Source: Elusimicrobiota bacterium
Lineage (GTDB): Bacteria > Elusimicrobiota > Elusimicrobia > Elusimicrobiales > UBA9959
Direction: 5' to 3'
Assembly: GCA_027340875.1 (NCBI GenBank)
Contig: DAIENX010000041.1
Coordinates: 1-53,273 of the forward strand
Length of the DNA: 53,273 nt
Below the pieces are notes generated by a model that worked only from the letters and a program-made list of their open reading frames with translations, did no database searches and was not told the DNA's origin. Both the position numbers and the translations under genes were made by a program. This document shows positions 8,241 through 20,001 of this stretch, piece by piece (within the stretch, counting starts at the first letter, position 1; each line of letters opens with the position of its first letter).

Positions 8241-9749
8241 CTACGCTTCCGGCTTGGCTTCTTTCTGCTCCTCGGGGCGGAGCAGAGGGAACAGTATCAC
8301 TTCGCGGATGGACGGCTTGCCGGTCAGCAGCATCGTGATGCGGTCTATACCTATCCCGATCCCCCCCATCGGCGGCATGCCGTACTCCATCGCTTCTATG
8401 AAATCCTTGTCGAGGATATCGGCCTCGCCGTTGTTCTCCTCCTGCTGCTGGCGGAGCTGTTCCACCAGGCGGCTCTTCTGGTCCTCCGGATCGTTAAGCT
8501 CGGAGTAGGCGTTGGCGATCTCCTCGGTGCCCGCGAAGAACTCGAAGCGTTCCACCAGGCTCTCGTCCCCCGGCTTGCACTTGGCAAGCGGGGTGATCGC
8601 GGTGGGATGGTCGAAAACGAACGTAGGCTGCTGCAGCTCGCAGAGTATCTTCTCGTCCAGTATCCGGTCGAAGATCTTGGCAGACGTAGTGTCAGGCCCG
8701 CAGTCCACATGGAGCTTCTTGGCGAGCGCCACCAGGTTGGGGCGGTTGAAGCGCTTGCCGTCCAGTATATTGTGGATATCCTCTCCGGTCTTCGCCTTCC
8801 ACTCTTCGGGAAGGGACAGGCGGCGGAAAGGCGGCTTCAGGCTTATCTTGTGGCCGTTGTAATCGACGGTATCGGCGCCGACGATCCGGATGAAGCGCTC
8901 GAAAAGCTTCTCTACCAGCTCTGCCATGCCGTGGTAGTCGGAATAGGCCTTGTAGGCCTCCACCATCGTGAACTCGGGGTTGTGGCGGGTATCCACGCCC
9001 TCGTTGCGGAACACCCGGCCTATCTCGTAGGCGCCCTGGAAGCCGCCTATCAGCAACTTCTTCAGCGGCAGCTCCAGCGCGATGCGCATGTAGAGCTCGT
9101 TCTTGTAGGCGTTGTGGAAGGTTATGAAAGGCCTGGCGGAAGCCCCGCCCGCCTGCCCGCACAGGACCGGCGTCTCGACCTCCAGCAGCCCCTCGGAGTT
9201 GAGGGTCTCGCGCAGCGCGGCCACGATCCGGGAGCGCTTCACGAAGATCTCGCGCACGTCGTCGTTGGAGATCAGGTCGAGGTAGCGGTCGCGATAGCGG
9301 GCCTCGGAGTCGGTCAGGCCGTGGAACTTCTCCGGCAGCGGCCGCACCGACTTCGCCAGCACGGTCAGCTTCGACGCTTCCAGCGTCAGCTCGCCTGTCT
9401 TCGTGACGAACATCTTCCCCTCGACGCCGAGGAAGTCCCCCACGTGCATCTGCTTCTTGAACAGCTCGTAGGAGTCCTCCCCGACGGAGTCCTTCTTGAC
9501 GTAGATCTGCAGCTTGCCGGTCCCGTCCTTCAGATGGGCGAAGGTGGCCTTGCCCATCACGCGCATCAGCACCATGCGCCCGGCCACGACGGCCGCGGCG
9601 TCAGGGGCCAGCTTGGCAGCTTCGGCCATGGTGTGCGTGGGCTTGAAGCGGTGCGGGAACGGGTCCACCCCCTTCTCGCGGATGGCCTTTATCTTGCCGT
9701 AGTTGTTGGCTATTATCTCGTGGATGCCGGAGTTCGGTGTAGTGTTCAT
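8241..9749 (-). CDS. lysS: lysine--tRNA ligase (class II)
   Basis: RPLPEKFHGL, RYRDRYLDL, GRVFRNEG, HNPEFTM, YGMPPMGGIGIGIDR. Confidence 0.98.
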   Translation of the reverse strand: MNTTPNSGIHEIIANNYGKIKAIREKGVDPFPHRFKPTHTMAEAAKLAPDAAAVVAGRMVLMRVMGKATFAHLKDGTGKLQIYVKKDSVGEDSYELFKKQMHVGDFLGVEGKMFVTKTGELTLEASKLTVLAKSVRPLPEKFHGLTDSEARYRDRYLDLISNDDVREIFVKRSRIVAALRETLNSEGLLEVETPVLCGQAGGASARPFITFHNAYKNELYMRIALELPLKKLLIGGFQGAYEIGRVFRNEGVDTRHNPEFTMVEAYKAYSDYHGMAELVEKLFERFIRIVGADTVDYNGHKISLKPPFRRLSLPEEWKAKTGEDIHNILDGKRFNRPNLVALAKKLHVDCGPDTTSAKIFDRILDEKILCELQQPTFVFDHPTAITPLAKCKPGDESLVERFEFFAGTEEIANAYSELNDPEDQKSRLVEQLRQQQEENNGEADILDKDFIEAMEYGMPPMGGIGIGIDRITMLLTGKPSIREVILFPLLRPEEQKEAKPEA

Positions 9750-10129
9750 TGTCTTGAGGCTATGGCGTCCTTTACTATTTTTATCAGGTTCTTGGGCTCG
9801 AAGGGCTTCTCGACGAAGGCGAAGATGTTCGAGGACATCTCGAAGAGGTCCTTCATCTGGCCCTTGGCGGTGAGGATTATTATCGGGATGCGGTTGAGCT
9901 CGTCCATCTCCTGCAGCTTCGTCTGCAGGGTATAGCCGTCCATCTCCGGCATCATGATATCCAGTATCATCGCGTCCGGTATGATCTTGCCTGGGTCCGT
10001 CGAAGTGAGCTTGTTGTAGGCCTCGAGGCCGTTGTATGCCTCCAGCACATCCAGCTTCTCCCTCTCGAGCAGCACCTTTATGAGATATACGACGTCTTTT
10101 TCGTCGTCGACGACCATCACTTTTGGCAT
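9746..10129 (-). CDS. single-domain response regulator
   Basis: MPKVMVVDDE, LDIMMPEMDG, IILTA, EKPF; the longer ORF extension overlaps ndk and is unlikely. Confidence 0.88.
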   Translation of the reverse strand: MPKVMVVDDEKDVVYLIKVLLEREKLDVLEAYNGLEAYNKLTSTDPGKIIPDAMILDIMMPEMDGYTLQTKLQEMDELNRIPIIILTAKGQMKDLFEMSSNIFAFVEKPFEPKNLIKIVKDAIASRQ

Positions 10130-10277
10130 ATGTCTCCCATTTACCGGCGCACGGCCGGGATCACGGATAATATAGTTAATGATTGTACAAGAAATACGGC
10201 CCAAAAAACAAGATTGGCGGCCCCGGCGGAAAAGAATGTAGAATATACCCGGATCTTGAACGATAAACGGAGGCAAC

Positions 10278-10751
10278 ATGAGCATGGAGAAGACCCTTAT
10301 ACTTATTAAGCCGGACGGCATGCAGCGCAAGCTGGCCGGCCTCTCGATAGACCGCCTGGACAGCACCGGCCTGGAGATGGTCGGCGCCAAGATGGTTTCC
10401 GTGACCGACAAGCTGGCCAGGACCCATTACGCCCTGCTGGAAGGCAAGTGCTTCTTCGCCGACAAGGCCAAGTTCGACCATCTGATAGCCTATTTAAAGG
10501 GAGACTTCCACGGTGTCTCCAGGAGCCGCGTGCTGGCGCTGGTGTATCAGGGAGAGAACGCCGTAAAAGCCGTACGTGATATAGTCGGGGCCACGCACCC
10601 CGAGGCGGCCGCCCCCGGCACGATACGCGGCTCGTTCGGCAGGATCAACTCCAAGACCGGCATCTTCGAGAACGTGATACACGCCTCCGGCAACGTCGAA
10701 GAGGCCGAGCGCGAGGTCGGGATCTGGTTCAAGCCGGAAGAGCTGGTCTGA
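10278..10751 (+). CDS. ndk: nucleoside diphosphate kinase
   Basis: EKTLILIKPDG, GATHP..A.PGTIRG, NVIHAS; GGAGG RBS upstream. Confidence 0.95.
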   Translation: MSMEKTLILIKPDGMQRKLAGLSIDRLDSTGLEMVGAKMVSVTDKLARTHYALLEGKCFFADKAKFDHLIAYLKGDFHGVSRSRVLALVYQGENAVKAVRDIVGATHPEAAAPGTIRGSFGRINSKTGIFENVIHASGNVEEAEREVGIWFKPEELV

Positions 10752-10773
10752 CGGCTCCCGGCCCGGTACCTCG

Positions 10774-11667
10774 ATGCTGAGAAAGCTCCTGCCGGCCTCC
10801 GTAGCGGCGCTGCTGCTCCTCTGCTGTTCGCTCCACGCGCGCGCGGAGGAGCGGATCGAGGAGCGGGTCACGCTTACCACGGAGGACGGATGGAACCTCA
10901 GCGCCCACTACCTGCCGGCCGGGCCTGACTCCCCGACGCTGCTGCTGATACACTCGCAGAAGAGCGACCTGGGCGAGTGGAAGCCCTGGCTGCCGCTGAT
11001 CAAGCGTTACGGCTTCGGCTACCTGTCGATGGACCTCCGGGGCCACGGCGACAGCTTCGTGACCCCGGACGGCTCCACCACGTCCTGGCGCTCTTTCAGT
11101 CCCAGCGGCTCGGACAACGAATACAACAAGATGCTGCGCTACGTGGAGGCCGGGCTGGCCTTCCTGTCCACCAATTCCGTCAGCGGCGAGCGGACCGTGC
11201 TGGTCGGCGACGTGCTGGGCGCGAACCTGGCCATAAAAGCGGCCGCGATACACCCGGAAGTGGCGATGGTGATAGCCGTCTCGCCGGTGCTGAACGTCAA
11301 CGACGTCCTCTCGGTGAACCCCCTGCGCGCCTACGGCACCCGGCCGCTGCTGATGATAGGCGGGGCCGGCCAGGGCCGCCAGTACAAGGAACTGCAGCTG
11401 CTGAACGATATCGCGCGGAGGGCCTGCGGCAAGGAGAACGCCGCGATCATAGTGGAGGCCAAGGGGTTCGGCCCAAAACTCATTTCGCGCTACAACATCA
11501 GGCGGGTGCTTGACTGGATAAAGAACCCCAGGCTGCCGGAAATAGTCGAGTACTCATCCGCCGCGGCCTCCGGCTTCGCTCCGGAGGGGACCGAGACGAC
11601 AGGAGAGACGCAGAACGCGGGAACGGATCGACCCGCCCAGCCTGAGGACATGAATGAAGAGAATTGA
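10774..11667 (+). CDS. exported alpha/beta-hydrolase-fold protein with degenerate nucleophile elbow
   Basis: Signal peptide; LTTEDGWNL, LLLIH, MDLRGHGDS; elbow reads GDVLG rather than GxSxG. Confidence 0.75.
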   Translation: MLRKLLPASVAALLLLCCSLHARAEERIEERVTLTTEDGWNLSAHYLPAGPDSPTLLLIHSQKSDLGEWKPWLPLIKRYGFGYLSMDLRGHGDSFVTPDGSTTSWRSFSPSGSDNEYNKMLRYVEAGLAFLSTNSVSGERTVLVGDVLGANLAIKAAAIHPEVAMVIAVSPVLNVNDVLSVNPLRAYGTRPLLMIGGAGQGRQYKELQLLNDIARRACGKENAAIIVEAKGFGPKLISRYNIRRVLDWIKNPRLPEIVEYSSAAASGFAPEGTETTGETQNAGTDRPAQPEDMNEEN

Positions 11668-12559
11668 CGCTTTCACACGCTATTCCAGACTGCCGACCGA
11701 GCAGAACAACCCGCGCACCAGGGACCTCGACCGCGTGCCGCTGCGCCGCGTGCTGGAGAAGCTTAACCACGAGGACTCGCTGGTCCCCAAGGCGGTCGCC
11801 GCCGCCGTCCCCAGCATAGAGAAAGCGGCCAGGGCCATCTCCCGCAGCTATCTGGCCGGCAGAAAGATCTATTTCATCGGCGCGGGCACCAGCGGCCGGC
11901 TCGGAGTGCTGGAAGCGGCCGAGATACCGCCCACCTACGGGGTGGCGCCTGGCACCTTCACCGCGCTGATGGCGGGAGGCAACTCCGCCGTGTTCCTTTC
12001 CAAGGAAGGCGCGGAAGACGTTTCCGAGAACGGCCGGAAGGAGATCGCCCGGCTCGTCAGGCGCGGGGATACCGTAGTGGGAATAGCTGCCAGCGGCATA
12101 ACGCCGTACGTGAAGGGCGGCCTCGCCTCCGGCAGGAAGGCCGGCGCCGTGACCGTACTGCTGACCTGCAACCCCAGGGAGAGGGCGCCTGAAGCCTCCA
12201 TACGGGTGGCCATAGACGTGGGACCGGAACCAGTTTCCGGCTCCACCCGCATGAAGTCCGGCACCGCGACGAAGCTGGCGCTGAACACGCTCTCCACCGC
12301 CTCGATGGTCATCTCGGGCAAGGTCTACAGGAACTGGATGGTGGACGTGAAGACCACCTCACGCAAGCTGGTACTGCGGGCCGAGCGCATCACGGCCACC
12401 GTCGGCGGCGTAGACCAGGCCGAGGCGCGGCGCCTGCTGGACATCACAGGCAACGACGTGAAGACCGCGATCGTAATGGCCAGGCTCGGAGTGGGCCGCG
12501 CCGCGGCCGAGACGAGGATAAAGAAGGCCCGGGGCTTCCTGAAGAGGATACTCGGCTGA
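11654..12559 (+). CDS. murQ: N-acetylmuramic acid 6-phosphate etherase
   Basis: TEQNNP, GAGTSGRLGVLEAAEIPPTYG, GPEPVSGSTRMKSGTATK, NWMVDV. Confidence 0.95.
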   Translation: MKRIDAFTRYSRLPTEQNNPRTRDLDRVPLRRVLEKLNHEDSLVPKAVAAAVPSIEKAARAISRSYLAGRKIYFIGAGTSGRLGVLEAAEIPPTYGVAPGTFTALMAGGNSAVFLSKEGAEDVSENGRKEIARLVRRGDTVVGIAASGITPYVKGGLASGRKAGAVTVLLTCNPRERAPEASIRVAIDVGPEPVSGSTRMKSGTATKLALNTLSTASMVISGKVYRNWMVDVKTTSRKLVLRAERITATVGGVDQAEARRLLDITGNDVKTAIVMARLGVGRAAAETRIKKARGFLKRILG

Positions 12560-12645
12560 AAGCCGCCCGTCCTTCCCACGCAACCTTCGGCAGCGCGCGG
12601 ACGTACTAACCTTAAGCCGGCGCCGCCGGCCGAAGCAACGATACT

Positions 12646-13875
12646 ATGCGCTCATACCTGCTCATTCCCCTGCTCGCCGCCATGCCGGCGGCCTCTTACG
12701 CCCAGACGCTGACGCTCGACGACGCGGCTGCCGCCGTCCTGAAGGCCAACCCGCAGGCGCAGGCCTCGGCCTCCGACCTGCGCGCCGCCGAATCCAGGCT
12801 TTCCGCGGCGAGGGCCGGCTTCTATCCCTCCTTCTCGGCCAACGCCTCATATTCCCGCTCAGGCACCCAGGGCTTCGACCCCGGCGATTCCTATTCCTAC
12901 GGCTTTTCCGGCCGCCAGCCGCTCTTCTCCGCCGGTATCCCGGCGGCCGTCCGCTCCGCGGCGGCCTCGAGGGATTCCGCCAAAGCCTCCTATGACCGGA
13001 CCGTCTCGGCCCTTACCTACCAGCTCAAGACGGCCTTCGCGGATATACTCAACGCCAGGGAGACGGTGAAGCTCTCCTCTGAGACCATCCGTCGGCGGGA
13101 GGAGAACCTCGATCTTATCCGGCTAAAGTACCAGGCCGGCAGGGAGAACAAGGCCGCCCTGCTGGAGACCGAAGCCGCGCTGAAGACGGCCAAATGGCAG
13201 GACGGCCGCTACCGGAAGGACCTCCTTCTGCTGGAGCGGAAATTGGACAGGCTGCTCGGCCGTCCGCTGACCGCGCGCGTGCCGGAGCTTTCCCTGCCGC
13301 CGGCGCAGGAGCCCCCGGCGGACCTCTCGGCCTTCGCCGGCAGACTGCGCGGCCATTACTCCCTGCGAACGGCCCGCGCCGCGGTGGAGAGCGCTAAAGC
13401 CTCCGGGGATTCCGCCGCGGGGGCCCGCCTGCCGGAAGCCTACGCGAACGGCAGCTACGGCTGGAACGGCACGGACTGGCCGCGCAGGGACAGTTCCTGG
13501 GCCGTCGGAGCCAGCCTCAGTCTCCCCCTCTTCACCGGCGGCAGGCTCTCCGCCGGGACCAAGGCCGCCAGGTCCGCACTGGCCTCGGCCGAGGCCTCCC
13601 TCAGGGACGCCACCGACGACGTGCAGCTCAAGGCGGAGGACGCCCTGCTCGCCTGGATAGAGGCCTGGGACTACCTCGGGGTGGCGAAAAGCTCGCTCGA
13701 CGCCTCGGAGGCGCGCGCCTGGCTGGTGCGCAAGCAGTACCTGGCCGGCCAGTCCTCCTATTTCGAGTGGCGCAACGTGGAAGAGCAGCTCATCAGCGAG
13801 CAGAACCAGTATCTGGCCGCCGGCCGCTCGCTGGCCGTCAGCGCCGCCGCCTTCGGACAGGCCATTGGAGAATAG
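12646..13875 (+). CDS. TolC-family outer-membrane efflux protein
   Basis: Signal peptide, LTLDDAA, two OEP repeats (AGFYPS, SLSLPLFTGG, KQYLAG). Confidence 0.9.
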   Translation: MRSYLLIPLLAAMPAASYAQTLTLDDAAAAVLKANPQAQASASDLRAAESRLSAARAGFYPSFSANASYSRSGTQGFDPGDSYSYGFSGRQPLFSAGIPAAVRSAAASRDSAKASYDRTVSALTYQLKTAFADILNARETVKLSSETIRRREENLDLIRLKYQAGRENKAALLETEAALKTAKWQDGRYRKDLLLLERKLDRLLGRPLTARVPELSLPPAQEPPADLSAFAGRLRGHYSLRTARAAVESAKASGDSAAGARLPEAYANGSYGWNGTDWPRRDSSWAVGASLSLPLFTGGRLSAGTKAARSALASAEASLRDATDDVQLKAEDALLAWIEAWDYLGVAKSSLDASEARAWLVRKQYLAGQSSYFEWRNVEEQLISEQNQYLAAGRSLAVSAAAFGQAIGE

Positions 13876-13876
13876 G

Positions 13877-14832
13877 ATGAAACGACCTTTCTACAGGACC
13901 AAGAAGTTCATTTTCGGCTTAGCGCTGCTGCTGGTTTTCGGCGGCGGCTGCGCGGCCCTGCGGCACAAGCGGGCCAAGGCGGAAGCCGCCAGGCTGGCCG
14001 ACCTGACGCCGGTAAGCCCGGAGCGCGGCCCACTCGTCACCAAGACGCAGGCCGTGGGAACGGTGGAACCAGAGAACCGCGTCCTGGTCACGCCGTCCGT
14101 AGGCGGCCGGGCCGAGGAAGTACTGTTCGCAGAAGGCCAGGAAGTGAAGAAAGGCCAGATGCTGGCGTGGGTCAGCTCCAGCGAGCGCACCGCGCTGCTG
14201 GACTCGCTGCGCGACGGGGAATCCACCCCCGAAGAGCGCAGGATGGTGGAGGAGGCCTACAATCTGACGCCCGTAGTCGCCCCGATAGCGGGGATGATAG
14301 TGAAGCGCTCGGTGGAGCCCGGCCAGTCCGTCAGCCCGTCGAAGGAGCTCGCCGTGGTCTCAGACCGCCTGATAGTAAAGACCTTCGTGGACGAGACCGA
14401 CATAGGCTCGGTCAGGGAGGGCCAGCAGGCGGAATACTATCTCGACGCCTTCCCGAAGGACAAACGCGCAGGCCGCGTAATAGCCATCTCGCACGAGTCG
14501 ACGCAGAAGGACGGCGTGGTAGTCTACGAGGTGAAGATCCTGCCCTCCGGCGGCGCGGCCGCCCTGCGCTCCGGCATGACGGCCGACGTGCTGATAATCA
14601 CCGGCAGCAAGAAGGAAGCGCTGACGGTACCCAAGAAGGCCGTCAAGTACAAGGACGGGGACGCCATGGTCTCGCTGAAGAACGCGGCCGGCCGGCTCGA
14701 GGACAAGAAGATCTCGGTGGGGCAGGCCGACGAAAAGCGCATAGAAGTGACCTCCGGGCTCTCCGAGAAGGACACCGTCTATTATTCGACGGGCATAGCC
14801 AAGGAACGCTCCGGCATCAACATAGGCTTCTG

Positions 14833-14833
<1 letters not shown>
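13877..14833 (+). CDS. efflux periplasmic adaptor (MacA-like)
   Basis: N-terminal anchor, GTVEP, EGQEVKKGQ, APIAG, VDETDIG, LRSGMTA. Confidence 0.88.
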
Positions 14834-16788
<1,955 letters not shown>

Positions 16789-16809
16789 CGGCCCCGGACC
16801 GGACCGGCC

Positions 16810-16842
16810 GATAAAAAGAGCCGCTGAGCGGCTCTTTTTATC
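16810..16842. terminator. bidirectional intrinsic terminator
   Basis: GATAAAAAGAGCCGC-TGA-GCGGCTCTTTTTATC between the convergent macB and dacB. Confidence 0.9.
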
Positions 16843-16862
16843 CCCTCCGGAGATCCCGCCTG

Positions 16863-18293
16863 TCAGTACTTCTCGTAGAGCGCCAGGAGCAGCTCCTCGT
16901 GCATCTTGTCCGAGGCGCTCCCTTCCATGGAATAGTTGTTGAGGATGGAGGTGAAGGCCAGCATCCGGCCCTTCTTCGTCCTCAGATAGCCGGTATAGGA
17001 GCGCACGCCGTTGAGCGAGCCGGACTTCAGCCGCAGGTTGCCTTCCAGATGTGTCCCGACCCCGAGCTTGCGGACATGGCCGCTGGCGTCCGGATCTCCG
17101 GGGAAGACCAGCGAATCGTAGAAAGCCTGGAAGTACGGCTTCCCCCTCACCGCCCTCAGCAGATCGGTGAAGTTCTCCGCCCTCACCGTATCGCGCCAGG
17201 AAAGACCGCAGGCGTCGACCAGCTTGAGCTCGGAGACGTCGGCACCGGACTCCTTAAGGAAGTTTTTCACCGCGGCGAGCCCGGCTTCCGGGTCGCCGCC
17301 GCCCAGCTGTCGGAGCAGCAGCTCGGCGTAAAGATTGAAGCTGCGCTTGTTGGTCACGAAGACGGCGTCCTTAAGCGGGCGTGAGGCCGTCTCGGTTATC
17401 GGCGTGAGCTTCTCGCCGGGCGCCGGCGAGCCCGCGTACGGCTTCTTATTGGCGTTTATCCCCGCCTTGGCCAGGAAGGCGCCGAAATCCCTCGCGGCGA
17501 ACAGCGCGGGGTCCGGCAGAGCGCCCTTTATGGCGAATTCGGGGTCGCCCTGGGGAATGGTGCCGCGCAGTACGGCCAGGTACTGCCCCGGGAAAGCGTA
17601 GATGTAGCCGTTATCCCCGGAACCTTTCGGCCCGGTCTTCATGTGGTCCTCGAATTTCAGTCCCTCGACGTACGGCTCGGTGCGCAGCACGGACGCCTCG
17701 CCTCCGACCATATCCGAAGGCTTCAGGAACAGCTTGTATAGCCCGTCGTTCACCGTCAGCGCGGACGCCTGCGCGGCGTAATAGTTCCCTATGTCCTCCC
17801 AGGCCCAGGACCCGGGCTGCACGCTGTCGAACGCGCTCCCATCCCCCACTACGGAGCCGTTTATCACCTTGATGCCGGCTCCCTTCACGGCGGCGGCCCA
17901 GTCGCGGTAAACGTCCCCCAGCGGCGCCGCGCCTTTGATGAGCTGCGAGCCGAGCGACGGATCCCCGCCGCCCTTGATGTAGAGGTTGCCGTTGAGGAAA
18001 CCGTTGGATATCTGCCCGGAATAATACAGTCTGGTGGAGAACGTCCTTTCCGGCCCCAGCCTGTCCAGCGCGGCCGCCGTCACGAAAACCTTCAGTATGC
18101 TGGCCGGCGTAAGATTGAGGCGGGGATCCCTCGAGGCCACCGTCCCGCCGGACAGGTCCTTCACGCTCAGGCCCCAGGAGGCGTTCTTTACGCCGGGGTC
18201 CGAGGCCAGACGCCTGATGAGCCCGTCGATGCCGGCCGCGCAGGCGGCGCGCGGCAGCAGCCCGAGGAACACCGCCAGCAGCAGCTTGATCAT
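16863..18293 (-). CDS. dacB: D-Ala-D-Ala carboxypeptidase/endopeptidase (PBP4, S13)
   Basis: PASILK (SxxK), GGGDPSL, SFN (SxN), KSGSL; signal peptide. Confidence 0.92.
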   Translation of the reverse strand: MIKLLLAVFLGLLPRAACAAGIDGLIRRLASDPGVKNASWGLSVKDLSGGTVASRDPRLNLTPASILKVFVTAAALDRLGPERTFSTRLYYSGQISNGFLNGNLYIKGGGDPSLGSQLIKGAAPLGDVYRDWAAAVKGAGIKVINGSVVGDGSAFDSVQPGSWAWEDIGNYYAAQASALTVNDGLYKLFLKPSDMVGGEASVLRTEPYVEGLKFEDHMKTGPKGSGDNGYIYAFPGQYLAVLRGTIPQGDPEFAIKGALPDPALFAARDFGAFLAKAGINANKKPYAGSPAPGEKLTPITETASRPLKDAVFVTNKRSFNLYAELLLRQLGGGDPEAGLAAVKNFLKESGADVSELKLVDACGLSWRDTVRAENFTDLLRAVRGKPYFQAFYDSLVFPGDPDASGHVRKLGVGTHLEGNLRLKSGSLNGVRSYTGYLRTKKGRMLAFTSILNNYSMEGSASDKMHEELLLALYEKY

Positions 18294-18341
18294 GGGGAAA
18301 GTATACAAAAAATGCTAACCTATGGCCGGGAGACCCGCCCG

Positions 18342-19259
18342 ATGAAACTGCTGCTCGCCCTGCTGCTGCTGCCAGCCCTCTCGCTCGCCGAAGAGCCGGA
18401 AAAGAAGACCACCGTGGAAGTGGAGCTCGATCCCTATTATTCGGCCGTGGGCATGTACAACAGTCTTACCGGCAAGCCGATACCCCACATGGAAGTGCGC
18501 AGCGAGGCCGAGATCTACCGGGAGCTGATCTCGAGGTTCTACCAGCCCCGCACCCTGATACTGGAGGCCAGCCTCAACCCGCTGCCCTACGCCGGCACGC
18601 TGATACGCCGGCACCAGCCGGATTTCTACAAGGACATGCAGTGGACCAGCAATTTCAACGCGGTACGCGCGGTAACGGCCGGCTTCGAGGAGCCGTGGGC
18701 CCTCTCGCTTTTCCTCGGGAACGTCGTATCCTTCGACACCATCAAGAAATCGCTGCAGGGAAAGCGCAATGGCTATTCCGGCATCCTTTTCGACTTCGGC
18801 ACCCATCACATCAAGGACAACGTCCTGATACGGGACAACTGGATGGACATGGAGGACAAGCTGAAGGGCGAGCAGATACTCAAGGACAGGAGCCTGAAGT
18901 GGAGCTTCCGGGCCGGAGCGAAGTTCCACGAGAACCGCTATATCTCGGACTCGTTCTACCTCGGCTTCCGCCGCAGCCGCACCGACTTCACGGAAACCGC
19001 CTCCGACAGTTTCTGGCTGCACAACAGCGGCTTCGAGTACGTGTCCGACTTCTCGCAGAGGAAGTTCGAGCCGCTGAGGCACTATCTGGTGGTGGACAAG
19101 AAATTCCCTTTCAGGGACTCGCGGATGGCCTTCACGCTGGGACTCGGGTTCGTCTGGACGGCCAACAAGAAGTACTCCGGGCCCCTTTCTAACGCTGCCG
19201 CCGGGACCGACACGCCGAACAGCTTCCAGTTCATCCTGCGCCCTAATCTGGAATTTTAA
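18342..19259 (+). CDS. hypothetical exported protein, probable outer-membrane beta-barrel
   Basis: Signal peptide MKLLLALLLLPALSLA; aromatic-rich strands; terminal Phe (ILRPNLEF). Confidence 0.65.
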   Translation: MKLLLALLLLPALSLAEEPEKKTTVEVELDPYYSAVGMYNSLTGKPIPHMEVRSEAEIYRELISRFYQPRTLILEASLNPLPYAGTLIRRHQPDFYKDMQWTSNFNAVRAVTAGFEEPWALSLFLGNVVSFDTIKKSLQGKRNGYSGILFDFGTHHIKDNVLIRDNWMDMEDKLKGEQILKDRSLKWSFRAGAKFHENRYISDSFYLGFRRSRTDFTETASDSFWLHNSGFEYVSDFSQRKFEPLRHYLVVDKKFPFRDSRMAFTLGLGFVWTANKKYSGPLSNAAAGTDTPNSFQFILRPNLEF

Positions 19260-19924
19260 TTCTCTCCGTCGCTCTCGGCAGGGGCGCTCTCTTCGGGAGC
19301 GCCCTCCGGCGGCGCACCCTGACCCTGCGCACTCTGACCCTGCGCTCCCGCGGCCCCTTCTTCCCCGGCCGGCGGTTCTTCCTCCGCCGTATCTTCGGAC
19401 TCTATCGTCTGGGTCCCTCCGGTCTTCTTGCCCGCCGGCGCCGCCCGTGAGCTCTCCTCGTCCGGCGACTCCTCATCACCCTGGTCCTCTTCCGAGTAGC
19501 CCCACACAGTACTGGCGTGCAGCCAGCCGGCGGCATCCCCGCCGTCGGTGACGTTGTACCAGCTTCCCTCTTTCTTGATCACCTTGAGCGGATAGCCCTT
19601 CTCGAGCACCCAGAGCACCTTGGAGCCTGCGCCGGAACCGTCGCGCAGGTTGGCCTTGACGGTCTTTACGATGACCGACGGCGTTTTGCCGAGCACGGAC
19701 TTGTGGACCCAGCCGGCGTCCCCCTCGAAATCCTCTATCTCTACCCAGGAGCCCTTGCGCGCCGTGACCTTGAGCGGGGTGTACTTGTAGGCTTCCCAGA
19801 GCACCGTTCCTCCGGGCTCGCTCCTTACGTTGGACTTCTTTGCCGAGACGCTGACAATTTCAGCGGCGGCAATGGAAGGCGTAAGAACCAGCAGCGCTGC
19901 GGCAAAAAAAACGTTCCTATACAT
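19256..19924 (-). CDS. exported protein with two bacterial SH3 domains and an acidic tail
   Basis: NVRSEPG...GSWVEI....GWVH and NLRDGSG...GSWYNV....GWLH. Confidence 0.85.
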   Translation of the reverse strand: MYRNVFFAAALLVLTPSIAAAEIVSVSAKKSNVRSEPGGTVLWEAYKYTPLKVTARKGSWVEIEDFEGDAGWVHKSVLGKTPSVIVKTVKANLRDGSGAGSKVLWVLEKGYPLKVIKKEGSWYNVTDGGDAAGWLHASTVWGYSEEDQGDEESPDEESSRAAPAGKKTGGTQTIESEDTAEEEPPAGEEGAAGAQGQSAQGQGAPPEGAPEESAPAESDGEN

Positions 19925-20001
19925 TTTCGCCCTCCTTATCCTGGATTCGATGATATCTTAACAGAGGCGTGTTACGGATCCGTTTCCGCCGCGCGGACAG
20001 G

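Noticed and set aside
14167..14832. N-terminal extension of the 873-aa ORF
   Set aside because: Out-of-frame overlap with the adaptor gene; MacB starts at 14833.
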